Source: Candidatus Poseidoniaceae archaeon
GTDB taxonomy: Archaea; Thermoplasmatota; Poseidoniia; Poseidoniales; Poseidoniaceae
DNA length: 64,000 nt
NCBI GenBank assembly: GCA_049616955.1
Contig: JBMZIJ010000001.1
Coordinates: forward strand, 753-64,752
Reading direction: 5' to 3'
The position numbers and the translations under genes are program-made. Below the pieces are notes generated by a model. The model did not search any database and was not told the DNA's origin. It saw only the letters and a program-made list of their open reading frames with translations. Positions 49,699-60,148 of the stretch are shown one piece after another; within the stretch, counting starts at the first letter, position 1, and the number at the start of each line of letters is the position of its first letter.

Positions 49699-50576
49699 TC
49701 CACTGCACCGATAAAAGAAAGTGTTTCAACATCGAAATCGTTTCGAATCATACCGAGTTCCTGACCTTCTTTGAGAAACCTTCGAATGGAAGAGCGGCCT
49801 TCAGGTTTGTAATCGATTGTTCGATCGTTGACGTACATTGTAACGAATTTCTGATTTGTTTCATCGTCAATGCCACGACCCCATGCCTTTGCAAATTCGA
49901 GTGCTTCCTCAGGATGTGCAATGGAATGCTCAATGCTCATTTTTGTGTACATTGTTATGTCTTCCATGACCTTCTGACCTAAATCCCTTCGAACAACATT
50001 CCCTCCGAGAGGCATTGGCCAGCCATCTGTACGCTCATTCCACCAAACTCCAAGATCGATTAGCACATTCAAATCATGTTCTACGTACGTCAGTTGTCCT
50101 TCATGAATGATGAGTCCGCATTCGTAGGTATCATCAAGAATTCGAGGAATTATTTCATCAAATGGAACCACTTCTACATTAACGTCTCCCCATGCCAAGC
50201 GAAGGCCAAGATATGCCGATGTTTTTAGTCCTGGGACAGCAATCGTTGACGCTTGAGCGTCTTCAAGTGATAATCCCTTTTTTGCAACGATCATCGGCCC
50301 ATAACCTTCTCCCATCGATGCTCCACAATTCATCAGAGCATAATGATCGGATATGTCTGGGTAGGCATGAATTGAAACCGCTGATACTTCCAACTCTTGG
50401 TTCATTGCTCTATGATTGAGCGTTTCGATGTCTTGAAGTTCGTGAACAAAATTGTAGCCAGGAGTTGGGAATGCATTTGTTGTCATTGCATGAAACATAA
50501 ACGCATCATCAGGGTCGGGAGAATGTCCTATTCGGACGATAAGGTTGCCATCATCATCCCGCGGTAGATTGGCCAT
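49695..50576 (-). CDS. mqnD: 1,4-dihydroxy-6-naphthoate synthase
   Basis: HSPDPDDAFMF, GASMGEGYGP, IIHEGQLTY and PLGGN motifs. Confidence 0.92.
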   Translation of the reverse strand: MANLPRDDDGNLIVRIGHSPDPDDAFMFHAMTTNAFPTPGYNFVHELQDIETLNHRAMNQELEVSAVSIHAYPDISDHYALMNCGASMGEGYGPMIVAKKGLSLEDAQASTIAVPGLKTSAYLGLRLAWGDVNVEVVPFDEIIPRILDDTYECGLIIHEGQLTYVEHDLNVLIDLGVWWNERTDGWPMPLGGNVVRRDLGQKVMEDITMYTKMSIEHSIAHPEEALEFAKAWGRGIDDETNQKFVTMYVNDRTIDYKPEGRSSIRRFLKEGQELGMIRNDFDVETLSFIGAVE

Positions 50577-50682
50577 ATGTTGTCCAAAGACAAACCCTTC
50601 AAGAACCAACCGCTTCATTTCATAAACAATCAACTCCATGCATCGACGTATTGTTTATGTAATTGGTAACGTAGTTCCGACC

Positions 50683-52947
50683 ATGGGTAAAGCGTCTCGG
50701 TTCTTACCCACCCTTGCGCTGTTTCTCGCATTAAGCATCCTCGTTGGTTCATCCTCTGGTTCCAGTAGTGGTCTTTTTTTCCATCACACAATTGAAGTTG
50801 AAGATGCTCAATCTGGTAAGCGAACAGTAGAATTAGATTCGCAAGGCCATATCTACGCAACATTTGAATCAAGATTGATAAAATTCGATTCGGAAGGTTC
50901 GATCCTTCAGGAACATCAATTTGCGAATGAAATTCTGGCATCAGCTCTGTCGCCTGACGGTTCAAAACTCGCAGTTACCACACGAACATCTACGGCAGGA
51001 TTGGATTCAGTGTATGTCCTATCTACGGGCGATTTGAGTACCTTGGTATCCAATGATGTCACAAGCACCAATGCAAATCTCTTGGAATGGTCTCCAAACG
51101 GAGCAAATCTCTACACAAATGCTCCCGACAATGGCGTTCTACAACTTAACAAGGACACGTTAGATATCGAGACGTCTTACGTAGGAAATCATACCAATCT
51201 GATGGCGTGTATGGATGTGTCAGCAACGAGTGGGGCGGTATTAACAGCAGATGTTGAAGGTTTAGTCCATCTATGGAACAATGAAGGCGATGTAGTTCTT
51301 CATGAAATTCTTCTCGGATCAACTATTCTTGATTGCCAAATAGGAGACAACGATGAGTACTATTCAGTCTCTACTCCCAACAACGGAATTCGAAAATGGA
51401 CTTTTTCTGGTTCAGAATTGAAACCTATTGACCTTGACGGAGTTCTTCGGTTCGAATTTTCACCAACTCCCAATACATTGATTGTTCACACAGATGCATC
51501 AATGCATCAAATTCTAGCCTACGACGTCGTGAGTGAACAAATTACTGATAGCATCTCGATGTTTCACACCTTCGATGATTATCATGTCGAGTTCGATCAA
51601 AATGGAGCAATGGAGAGAATTCATACTACCTCGAGAGTAAAGCATATTGTCGTTTATGAAAATGAAGTTCATCACGATGGTATAGGCGAATCAGGGATTG
51701 ATACGGATGGTGATGGCGTCCCAGATTCTATTGATGATGATGACGACGGTGATGGAATCGAGGACAATTGGGACCTGAACTGTCCTGATGTCGGCATATC
51801 ATGCTCGTTGTTACCTGATGAGGATTACATTCGAAACATCGACATTGAGCTAAATACAACTCATGTTGTCGTCACACAATCTTTCACACTCAACAAGGTA
51901 CATTCTGCAAGTATTCGAGATCTGGTAAGATACTCGATGGATAGCGATATCAAATTAAGCGCTGAAGAGGCGGGATTGTTCTCGAATGCCATTTGTAACA
52001 ATATGAACGCCATTGATGTTGCTTCATCTCTGAACTCATTTATTTCAGTTGAACAATACTCGTTAAATTTCTCAGAAATGTCTTGTTCTGTTGAGGAAGG
52101 TTTGGTTCTCTATCCTTCAAGCGATCGAATATCACACGTTCGATATGCCATCGATGTGGTTTTTGAATATCAACCAACGACGACAGATGGGTTGGTAGTC
52201 GGCATCCAAAATCATCGATTCACCTCAACCGGTAGCATCACTGAATTGAGTCCTCAGCACCCTCTCTCCATCCACATACACGGTGAAGATATTACGAGCC
52301 AAGAATACGTACCATGGCATATCCAAGAAAATCAAGTGTCCTTTACACTCGCCAATAAACAGGTTGATTCAGGCACCCTTAATCCAAGTTCAATTGCATC
52401 ATCACCTATCCTTATCGGATTGATTCTATTGATGATTGGTGCTCTGATTTTGGCTGGCGTCTTTTTCGCTCGCCGACAATCTGACAAAAGCAATTACGAC
52501 ATTGTACTCGATGAAGACGAGGATGAGGAAGAGGACGAAGATTACGCCTACCCTGATGAGGATGATGACTACTACGATGACGAAGATGAATTCTCAGCAA
52601 TCGATGAGGAACAAGAAGATGAAAATGACGTTGAGGATGATGCTTCCGTTCGACGGCGAGTACCTCCTCGACGAAGAACAGCGTCGTCGAAGCGCGTTCC
52701 TATTCAACCCAAGGAAGCGAATGAAGCAAAGCAACTCCTTCAAGAATCTTCAAAGGAAGTCGTGAGAAAACGACGAGCTCGTCAATCAGAACACGACACA
52801 GTTCGAACAAAGCGGCGTAAATTGAGCGATCAACAGCCCGTAGATGCTGAACCTCGACGAAGAAGAGCGGTCAAGAAAAATCCACAATCAGAGGCCGACA
52901 TGGATGAAACGCTTCGGAAGTTTGTCTCTGAATCACCAGAGGAATGA
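50683..52947 (+). CDS. Single-pass surface protein: WD40-like propeller, thrombospondin-3-like Asp repeat, TM helix and acidic/basic tail
   Basis: LSPDGSKLA, WSPNG and VHLWN; DTDGDGVPDSIDDDDDGDGIED; TM helix followed by a D/E tract. Confidence 0.8.
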   Translation: MGKASRFLPTLALFLALSILVGSSSGSSSGLFFHHTIEVEDAQSGKRTVELDSQGHIYATFESRLIKFDSEGSILQEHQFANEILASALSPDGSKLAVTTRTSTAGLDSVYVLSTGDLSTLVSNDVTSTNANLLEWSPNGANLYTNAPDNGVLQLNKDTLDIETSYVGNHTNLMACMDVSATSGAVLTADVEGLVHLWNNEGDVVLHEILLGSTILDCQIGDNDEYYSVSTPNNGIRKWTFSGSELKPIDLDGVLRFEFSPTPNTLIVHTDASMHQILAYDVVSEQITDSISMFHTFDDYHVEFDQNGAMERIHTTSRVKHIVVYENEVHHDGIGESGIDTDGDGVPDSIDDDDDGDGIEDNWDLNCPDVGISCSLLPDEDYIRNIDIELNTTHVVVTQSFTLNKVHSASIRDLVRYSMDSDIKLSAEEAGLFSNAICNNMNAIDVASSLNSFISVEQYSLNFSEMSCSVEEGLVLYPSSDRISHVRYAIDVVFEYQPTTTDGLVVGIQNHRFTSTGSITELSPQHPLSIHIHGEDITSQEYVPWHIQENQVSFTLANKQVDSGTLNPSSIASSPILIGLILLMIGALILAGVFFARRQSDKSNYDIVLDEDEDEEEDEDYAYPDEDDDYYDDEDEFSAIDEEQEDENDVEDDASVRRRVPPRRRTASSKRVPIQPKEANEAKQLLQESSKEVVRKRRARQSEHDTVRTKRRKLSDQQPVDAEPRRRRAVKKNPQSEADMDETLRKFVSESPEE

Positions 52948-53736
52948 AATTGGCTCATTCACATCACAACACCGTTCCAAATATTCAGACAAACCAGCCA
53001 CATGTTCACCATCAAGCCGGTTGAACACCTCACCAAAATATCGGTTTAGTCGTTCCATCGACATGTCAGAATGGAGATGGGCATGGAGGAGAACTTTTTC
53101 ACGTGTGAGAGGATTATTCTCAAAATCATCCAAACGCATGAGCAATGCTTGGTGTGCCTCCCTCACCGCTTCGACAGGAGTGTCTTTCCGAGCTGCGAAA
53201 ACGCCGAAGACCATTGGCTGGCCTGTTAACTCAAGCCAAGCCTGACCGAGATCAAGTTGGACGAGTTCTGGATTTGTTTTCGCTCGGTCAAGGGCACGGT
53301 CACCTATGAGAAGGGCTCCATCGCATCGTTCAAGCATACTATCCAAATCAGGTCCCATTTCAACAGGGCGTGGATCAATACCTCGCTCTTTGAGAAGATA
53401 CTTGAGTAAAGCTACAGAGGATGACGAATCCGTCGGTAGAGCAATGTCACGCATCTCTTCGAGCGGCCTATTACCAAAAACGAGAACGCTTCCAACTTCA
53501 CCTTTGGAGCAAATACCAATCTCAGGTACGAGTGCTAATTCATCTCTATGCTTAGCAAAGTCTGCAGCAGGAATTGGTGCGAGGACACAGTCTTTGCGTA
53601 GAAGATGCCCTGTCAACCAAGATGGCGGAGCGGGTAAAACATGGAATGAATCATCCAAACCAACGAAGAGAGGATCGCAATTCATGAAAGCCACCCTGCC
53701 AATTGTTTTCATCCATCGAGGCGTTTGTTTCATCAT
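52933..53736 (-). CDS. mqnA: Chorismate dehydratase
   Basis: IGRVAFMNCDPL, GEVGSV, LLIGDRAL, DLGQAW and PMVFGVF motifs. Confidence 0.92.
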   Translation of the reverse strand: MMKQTPRWMKTIGRVAFMNCDPLFVGLDDSFHVLPAPPSWLTGHLLRKDCVLAPIPAADFAKHRDELALVPEIGICSKGEVGSVLVFGNRPLEEMRDIALPTDSSSSVALLKYLLKERGIDPRPVEMGPDLDSMLERCDGALLIGDRALDRAKTNPELVQLDLGQAWLELTGQPMVFGVFAARKDTPVEAVREAHQALLMRLDDFENNPLTREKVLLHAHLHSDMSMERLNRYFGEVFNRLDGEHVAGLSEYLERCCDVNEPISFLW

Positions 53737-53745
53737 TGTATCACC

Positions 53746-54945
53746 TCATGCCATCGGAAGTCGCTTAATTGGTTGGGGCGGTACATATTCTTCGAATTCT
53801 GTATACGTTGTATTGCGCTTTACTGGAATTGAGCCAGCATCACGTACTAATTTCGACAATTGTTGGAGATCGTATGTCAATGGTGTTGTTGATCCTGCCA
53901 AATGCATGATTGATTCTTGCTGAACTGTTCCATCGATGTCATCTGCTCCAAATTGGAGGGCAAGTTCAGCAAGTTCATCACCAATGTTCATTCGATATGC
54001 TTTGATGTGCGGTATGCTATCAAGTAAAATCCGAGAAACAGCGATGACCCGTAGAATTTCTTGTCCTGTGGATAACTGCGCCATTGGTAATCGAGTGGAA
54101 TCAGGCAAGAAAGGGTATGGAACAAAGCATTGGAAACCGTTTGTTTTTGCACCTAGATCTCTCAATCTAAGGATATGTTCGACGCGTTGTGCGGTCGTTT
54201 CAATGGTTCCGAAGAGCATTGTACAGTTGCTCGGCAATCCAATCTCATGGGCTGTTTGATGGATGTCAAGATATTCTTGACTTGATTCCTTTCCATTGCA
54301 GATGATAGCACGAACGTCGTCGTTGAGAATCTCAGCGCCACCTCCTGGGAGAGAAGTTAATCCCGCAGACTTCAATTGTTCAAGAGTCTCTTGAATCGAT
54401 AATTTAGAGATTTCTGCGAGATGCTTTATTTCGACCGCAGTGAGCGCTTTTATTGAAACGTGAGGATATTCCTTGCGAACCGTTTGGAACAATTCCGAAT
54501 AATGATCGACAGTCCACTCAGGGTGCAATCCACCAACGGAGTGAACTTCATTCACATACGGTGAAAACTTCGATAATTCATCGAGATAATTTTCGATCGT
54601 AAGAGCATATGCATCATCGGCTTTGGGACCACGACGGAATGCACAAAAGCGACAGGCAAGAACACAAATGTTGGTTTGATTGATGTGTACATTCGAATTA
54701 AAATAGGCTTTCTGACCATACATTGCCACTTTGTGTAAATGAGCTAATCGGCCGAGTTCAAACAAATTTTGTTCAGAAAACAAGCGCAATCCATCTTCAT
54801 GGTCGAGGGATTCGTCATTGATGATTTTATCAACGACAATTTGGAGTGACGTTGACCATTGTTCGTTACGAAGTGAGTTCTTGAGATTGGTTCTCCATTC
54901 TGAATCTCGATCCGCAATCGCGGTGGTCGAAACCCATTCAGTCAT
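53746..54945 (-). CDS. mqnE: Aminofutalosine synthase (CofH/MqnE radical SAM)
   Basis: TNICVLACRFCAF, PGGGAEI and FGADDIDGTV motifs; adjacent to mqnA. Confidence 0.85.
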   Translation of the reverse strand: MTEWVSTTAIADRDSEWRTNLKNSLRNEQWSTSLQIVVDKIINDESLDHEDGLRLFSEQNLFELGRLAHLHKVAMYGQKAYFNSNVHINQTNICVLACRFCAFRRGPKADDAYALTIENYLDELSKFSPYVNEVHSVGGLHPEWTVDHYSELFQTVRKEYPHVSIKALTAVEIKHLAEISKLSIQETLEQLKSAGLTSLPGGGAEILNDDVRAIICNGKESSQEYLDIHQTAHEIGLPSNCTMLFGTIETTAQRVEHILRLRDLGAKTNGFQCFVPYPFLPDSTRLPMAQLSTGQEILRVIAVSRILLDSIPHIKAYRMNIGDELAELALQFGADDIDGTVQQESIMHLAGSTTPLTYDLQQLSKLVRDAGSIPVKRNTTYTEFEEYVPPQPIKRLPMA

Positions 54946-54994
54946 ATGTGCGCCTCAAGTTTCTTCTTCAAGAAGATGTGGATGCGGCCACGAC

Positions 54995-57883
54995 TCAACG
55001 ACGTACTTTGAAGAAGCCTGAATTAATCATAAATTTACGGAACTCTTCTACCAAAAAGACCGTCGATGCTACTGCTATCAAGACCATCCAATCAACACTT
55101 TCCAGAGGAGTGGTGCTGAGCAAATTACCAAATTCAATTCCAATGACTGGAAGTTGGAACGTTGCAAAGTGGACGAAGAGGAACAACAGGAAACCTGAGG
55201 CCAGAATAGCGTAATTGATGGCTTTGTTTGAGAACAATCCCAATGAGAAAAGACTCTCTTTTTCCGAACGACAATTCAGTACATTGAACAGTTGAAAGAC
55301 GATGAATACAGCAAACGTCATCGTTTGAGCATCGGCGAAGGTTGTATCAGCGTAAGAACTCCATGAACTCAAAGCAGTTTCCTCTCCGGCTTGGCAATCG
55401 GCAACTGAGAACCCTGCATCTGATTCTGTCGCAAATGGAGCAAGGCTGCATTCGTTTCCGTAGACGCCACCTCCAGCGAGGAAGAACACAATGAGCGTAC
55501 CAACCACCATAACTGCACCAAGATAGAAAATAAGAGCAATATCTCTTGCATTCGGTAAACCTTCGTCAACTGGACGCGGTGGTCTTGCCATAACATTACC
55601 ATGACGTTTCTCAACACCAAGTGCGACTGCAGGTGGTCCATCCATGAGAATGTTGATCACAAGAATTTGCGTCGCTGTAAGAGGAAGTTCCCAGCCAAAA
55701 ATGAACGTCGAAATAACGATCAATGCAACAGCTGCAACGTTTGTTGAAACCTGGTAACGTACGAAATTTCGGATGTTTTGGTAGATTTTTCGTCCTTCCT
55801 CAACGGCGTGGACAATGTTGGCGAAGTTATCGTCCTGAAGCACCATATCTGCTGCATCTTTGGCGACATCTGTACCCGCTATTCCCATAGCAATACCGAT
55901 GTTTGCTCCCGATAGTGCAGGCGCATCATTAACTCCGTCACCAGTCATTGCAACAATCTCGCCTTGCTCTTGCAAGGAAGAGACAATACGCATTTTTTGA
56001 TCCGGTGTCACCCGAGAGAAAATGGCCTTGCCGACAGAATCAGTCAGTTGATCATCAGACATTTCTCGTAGTTCTGCACCACTTACAGGATCAAGATCAG
56101 CGCCATGAATGGACAATTCCCTGCCAATAGCAGATGCTGTCATGTGATGATCACCTGTAATCATCTTCACTTTGATTCCAGCATCCTGACAAATACGAAT
56201 GGCATCCTTCACTTCAGGACGTGGTGGATCCATGATTCCAACGAGTCCCAGGAAAATCATATTATTTTCAACAACAGATATGTCATTCATATCCTCATCC
56301 TCATTGAGTTTTCGAGCAGCTAGTGCAATGACACGCATTGATTGAGAACCCATTTCCTTGTTTCGAATCGATGCTTGCTTAAGATCATCTTCGCTGATTT
56401 CAACCAATTCTCCATCGAGATATCGATGTGTGGTGATCGGAACAAATCCACCGGCAGCACCCTTTGCGAAGACCCATCGTTCACCCTCATACTCGTGAAT
56501 AACGGACATTCGCTTGCGTTCTGTATCAAAGAAGAACTCGTGAAGACGCGGGTGTCTTTGAGAAAACTTTCGTACCTCTCCATTCAATTTCCACCCAAGA
56601 ACTGCACACGCAGAGTCTGTTGGGTCACCAATCGCCGTCCATCGCCCCTCTTGTTTACTAATTTGAGAATTATGACAAAGAGAGAGACAGGCGGCTAGAA
56701 GACGGAATCCGGGATTTGATTGTAACGAAGACATTGCGTCTTCATCAAGTTCCATTTCACCATCAGTAAGTGCGCCTTTTGGATTAAAACCGTCACCTGT
56801 AACGCCATAGAAACCATCCACAGTGTGAAGTTGACGTACTGTCATCTCATTTTTTGTGAGAGTCCCTGTTTTATCAGAACAAATCACAGTGGTTGAACCA
56901 AGCGTTTCCACGGCTTTCATGCGACGGATGATCGCTTTGTGCCTAGCCATGTTACGCATTCCCAATGCAAGTGTGATAACGAGAATAATCGGCAACCCTT
57001 CAGGGACAATCGCAACAAAGATTGCAATGGCGATGATGAATTGTTCGATAGCAACCTCAACCAATGGTTCCGCCCCTCCGTAAGCAAGAATGAGTTTTAT
57101 CGAAACAAGCAGTACTGCAACGATAAGGGCAATGAAACCTAAGAATCGACCCAACGATTCGAGTTTTAATTCAAGAGGCGTTTTCGGTGTTTTTGCATCG
57201 GAAATATCGCTGGCAATACGCCCGAGTTGTGTGCTCATACCTGTTTCGACAACGACCCCTACTGCACGACCTGTTGCGACAGTAGTCCCCATGTACATCA
57301 TATTTCGACGATCGGCGAGAAGTGTACTTTGTTCCATAGAGTTGAGATGTTTCGTAATTGGTTCTGATTCGCCAGTAAGGGCGGACTCATCGACTCGGCA
57401 TTGGTACACTTCAAGCAAACGTATATCTGCAGGAACATTGATTCCTTCCTCCAATTTGACAATATCACCAGGAACTAAATCTGTTGTTGGAATTTCAGAT
57501 TCAAATCCATCTCGAAGTGTAACGGAATTGGAAATGCTCATTTGTTTGAGTGCATCCATCGCTTGCTCAGCTTGTCCTTCTTGCCAGAAACCAAAGAAAG
57601 CATTCGCAGTTAGGACGAGGAAGATGAAGATGGCATCTCCAGGATGATCGGGCTTGATGGCTAGAGCAACCAAAGCGGCAGCGATGAGGAGGTAATTGAG
57701 TGGATCGTTGTATTGCGAAAGAAATCTCAAAAATGCTGAGGTTGGTTCTGGTTGTTCAAGTTGGTTGGGGCCATATTTTTGCATTCGAGAGTGAATCTCA
57801 GATTGAGTTAGGCCATTCGGGTTTGCATCCAATACCGAAAGTACCTCATCAGTATCCATAGAGTGCCAATTCTGTTGGACCAT
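54995..57883 (-). CDS. P-type IIA cation (Ca2+) ATPase, SPCA/PMR1-like
   Basis: TGES, PEGL, DKTGTLT, GDGVNDAPAL and INILMDGPPA motifs; ATG 57883 has an AGGTGA SD. Confidence 0.93.
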   Translation of the reverse strand: MVQQNWHSMDTDEVLSVLDANPNGLTQSEIHSRMQKYGPNQLEQPEPTSAFLRFLSQYNDPLNYLLIAAALVALAIKPDHPGDAIFIFLVLTANAFFGFWQEGQAEQAMDALKQMSISNSVTLRDGFESEIPTTDLVPGDIVKLEEGINVPADIRLLEVYQCRVDESALTGESEPITKHLNSMEQSTLLADRRNMMYMGTTVATGRAVGVVVETGMSTQLGRIASDISDAKTPKTPLELKLESLGRFLGFIALIVAVLLVSIKLILAYGGAEPLVEVAIEQFIIAIAIFVAIVPEGLPIILVITLALGMRNMARHKAIIRRMKAVETLGSTTVICSDKTGTLTKNEMTVRQLHTVDGFYGVTGDGFNPKGALTDGEMELDEDAMSSLQSNPGFRLLAACLSLCHNSQISKQEGRWTAIGDPTDSACAVLGWKLNGEVRKFSQRHPRLHEFFFDTERKRMSVIHEYEGERWVFAKGAAGGFVPITTHRYLDGELVEISEDDLKQASIRNKEMGSQSMRVIALAARKLNEDEDMNDISVVENNMIFLGLVGIMDPPRPEVKDAIRICQDAGIKVKMITGDHHMTASAIGRELSIHGADLDPVSGAELREMSDDQLTDSVGKAIFSRVTPDQKMRIVSSLQEQGEIVAMTGDGVNDAPALSGANIGIAMGIAGTDVAKDAADMVLQDDNFANIVHAVEEGRKIYQNIRNFVRYQVSTNVAAVALIVISTFIFGWELPLTATQILVINILMDGPPAVALGVEKRHGNVMARPPRPVDEGLPNARDIALIFYLGAVMVVGTLIVFFLAGGGVYGNECSLAPFATESDAGFSVADCQAGEETALSSWSSYADTTFADAQTMTFAVFIVFQLFNVLNCRSEKESLFSLGLFSNKAINYAILASGFLLFLFVHFATFQLPVIGIEFGNLLSTTPLESVDWMVLIAVASTVFLVEEFRKFMINSGFFKVRR

Positions 57884-58037
57884 AAAATCACCTTTGAAGT
57901 CAAAAAAGACTCCAACGGGTTTTCGTCTCCTTAACGCTTTATGATTTTGATGGAGGAATACCCATGAAAATCTACGTATGAAAATTCTGTACCTACACAG
58001 CCGAATCTTTCTCAAACTTCGTATGTCTGGAAGGTTT

Positions 58038-60107
58038 ATGTCCGCACAAGAAGGGCCTTACATTCCTGCAGATCAGGAACCGAAGGAACTCACACTGCGT
58101 GTCCTTGTTGTCGGCGTGCTTCTTGGCATCTTGATGACAGCAGCGAACGCATACCTTGGATTATATGCAGGAATGACCGTTTCTGCGAGCATCCCGGCAG
58201 CGGTCATGTCCATGCTTATCCTTCGAAGCCTGTTCAAAGATGTCAGTATCCTCGAGAACAACGCTGTGCAAACCATGGCAAGTGCGGGTGAATCCCTCGC
58301 TGCTGGCGTGATCTTTACTGTTCCAGCCATGCTTGTTATTGGTATTTGGGTCGACATCGAATGGTTTCCAACGCTTGCTATAGCTTTGCTCGGGGGTTTG
58401 CTTGGAACGATGTTTACGATTGCTCTTCGTCGATTGTTTATCGTTGAGGAAGCACTACCGTACCCTGAAGGTGTAGCGTGCCGAGAGGTCTTGGTTGCAG
58501 GAGAAGAGGGCGGTAGCGGTGCGCTTGCCATTGTTTACGCATTGGGAATTGGTGCTCTCTATGGTCTCATGGTAAAAGGATTCAAAGTCACTCATCATTC
58601 TGCAGAAACAGCATTTGAGATCTTGAAAACTCGAATGTATGCGGGTATTGACTTGTCTGTCGCATTGCTGTCGGTAGGCTTCATTGTGGGCATCCGAATT
58701 GCATCGTTCATCTTCTTAGGTGGAATCATTGGATTTGCTATACTCGTTCCGCTGTTTGGTTATCTCAATGGTTGGCCAGAATCCGATACATTGGCCGGAG
58801 GGTTTGACAAATTATGGCTTGAACAAGTTCGCTATGTAGGCGTTGGAGCAATGGTGGTAGGTGGCATCTACACGCTGTGGAGCATGCGCAAAACCATCCT
58901 TACAGGACTTAAGAAATCCTTTGTTCAAAGTGAATCTGATTCAGAGTTGCATCTTCGAACCGAAAAAGATCTTCCTTTGACGTATGTGACAGTCGTTTGT
59001 GGCGTTCTTATCGTCCTCACGTTTTTCTTCTATTGGTACATCACCGGCTCATTACTTCTCTCGTTGTCTGGAGCACTCTTTTTGGCTCTCGTAGCGTTTT
59101 TCTTTGCGGCAGTTGCAGGATACATTGCAGGTGTTGTCGGTTCGAGCAACTCACCTGTTTCAGGAATGACCATTGCGACGTTGTTGTTTACCGTGGGATT
59201 GGTATGGATTGTTGGATCGCTGATTCTCGATTTGTCACAAACCGAATTGATGTATGCCACACTCCTTATTGCGGCTGTCGTCGCTAGCAGTGCAGCTATT
59301 GCTGGAGATGTCATGCAGGATTTGAAGACGGGTCACATGGTTGGAGCAACCCCGTGGAGACAGCAAATTGCTGAGATTGTGGGCGTCATTACGGGCGCAT
59401 TTGTCATCGGTCCAACCATCGCATTGCTTCACAATGCCTTCCAGATTTCATCGACAGCATGTTTGGCAACGAACGATCGAATTGTAGCATCAAATAGCGG
59501 CGAACCATTGTACGATTGCAGCGAGGCTCTGTTCGCACCACAGGCCGAGTTGATTGGAGCGATTGTCAAAGGTGCATTCGTTGGCGATATGAATCTACCA
59601 ATGGTCTTCCTCGGAGCGGCATTAGCCGTCGTTCTCATTCGATTATCGATGCCGGTAATGTCCGTTGCCATTGGAATTTATTTGCCACTAAAATTGAGTG
59701 TTCCAATTATGATTGGAGGAATTCTATCTTCGCTCGCCATGGGTGCTGCACACTTACGAATCGATGGTACACTTGACCGAAAGCCATCGAAAGAAGCACA
59801 AGCGGCTGCTTCTGAAGTTGAAAGTCGGGGCGTACTCATCGGTGCAGGATTCATTGCGGGAGAATCAATATTGGGCGTACTGATTGCAGTTCTTATCGTG
59901 TTGAACATCAATTTAGATGAAATCTTCGGCATCCATGAATTGTCTCAAATGTTCTCTCTACTGTTCTTTGCATGGTTCGTTGGAGTCTTTATTTGGCTAG
60001 CGACAAGAGCGCTTCCTGAAGGCGGGAATCTTGGCAGAGAAATATTCACAACAGCGTCCCATTCGATCAAAAAATTTGCTCGATCCCTGATGCCACGCTC
60101 CAAATAA
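58038..60107 (+). CDS. OPT-family oligopeptide transporter
   Basis: NAYLGL, SASIPAAV, LPYPEG, SPVSG and QDLKTG motifs. Confidence 0.93.
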   Translation: MSAQEGPYIPADQEPKELTLRVLVVGVLLGILMTAANAYLGLYAGMTVSASIPAAVMSMLILRSLFKDVSILENNAVQTMASAGESLAAGVIFTVPAMLVIGIWVDIEWFPTLAIALLGGLLGTMFTIALRRLFIVEEALPYPEGVACREVLVAGEEGGSGALAIVYALGIGALYGLMVKGFKVTHHSAETAFEILKTRMYAGIDLSVALLSVGFIVGIRIASFIFLGGIIGFAILVPLFGYLNGWPESDTLAGGFDKLWLEQVRYVGVGAMVVGGIYTLWSMRKTILTGLKKSFVQSESDSELHLRTEKDLPLTYVTVVCGVLIVLTFFFYWYITGSLLLSLSGALFLALVAFFFAAVAGYIAGVVGSSNSPVSGMTIATLLFTVGLVWIVGSLILDLSQTELMYATLLIAAVVASSAAIAGDVMQDLKTGHMVGATPWRQQIAEIVGVITGAFVIGPTIALLHNAFQISSTACLATNDRIVASNSGEPLYDCSEALFAPQAELIGAIVKGAFVGDMNLPMVFLGAALAVVLIRLSMPVMSVAIGIYLPLKLSVPIMIGGILSSLAMGAAHLRIDGTLDRKPSKEAQAAASEVESRGVLIGAGFIAGESILGVLIAVLIVLNINLDEIFGIHELSQMFSLLFFAWFVGVFIWLATRALPEGGNLGREIFTTASHSIKKFARSLMPRSK

Positions 60108-60148
60108 TCCAACGGTAATTATGAAAGGCTCAAGGCGATGGCCAATGT

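Noticed and set aside
53746-54945. F420 biosynthesis CofH, or a RiPP radical SAM partner for the PqqD-like protein
   Set aside because: Adjacency to mqnA and mqnD and the MqnE-type C-terminal motif favour the futalosine pathway; there is no SPASM domain.
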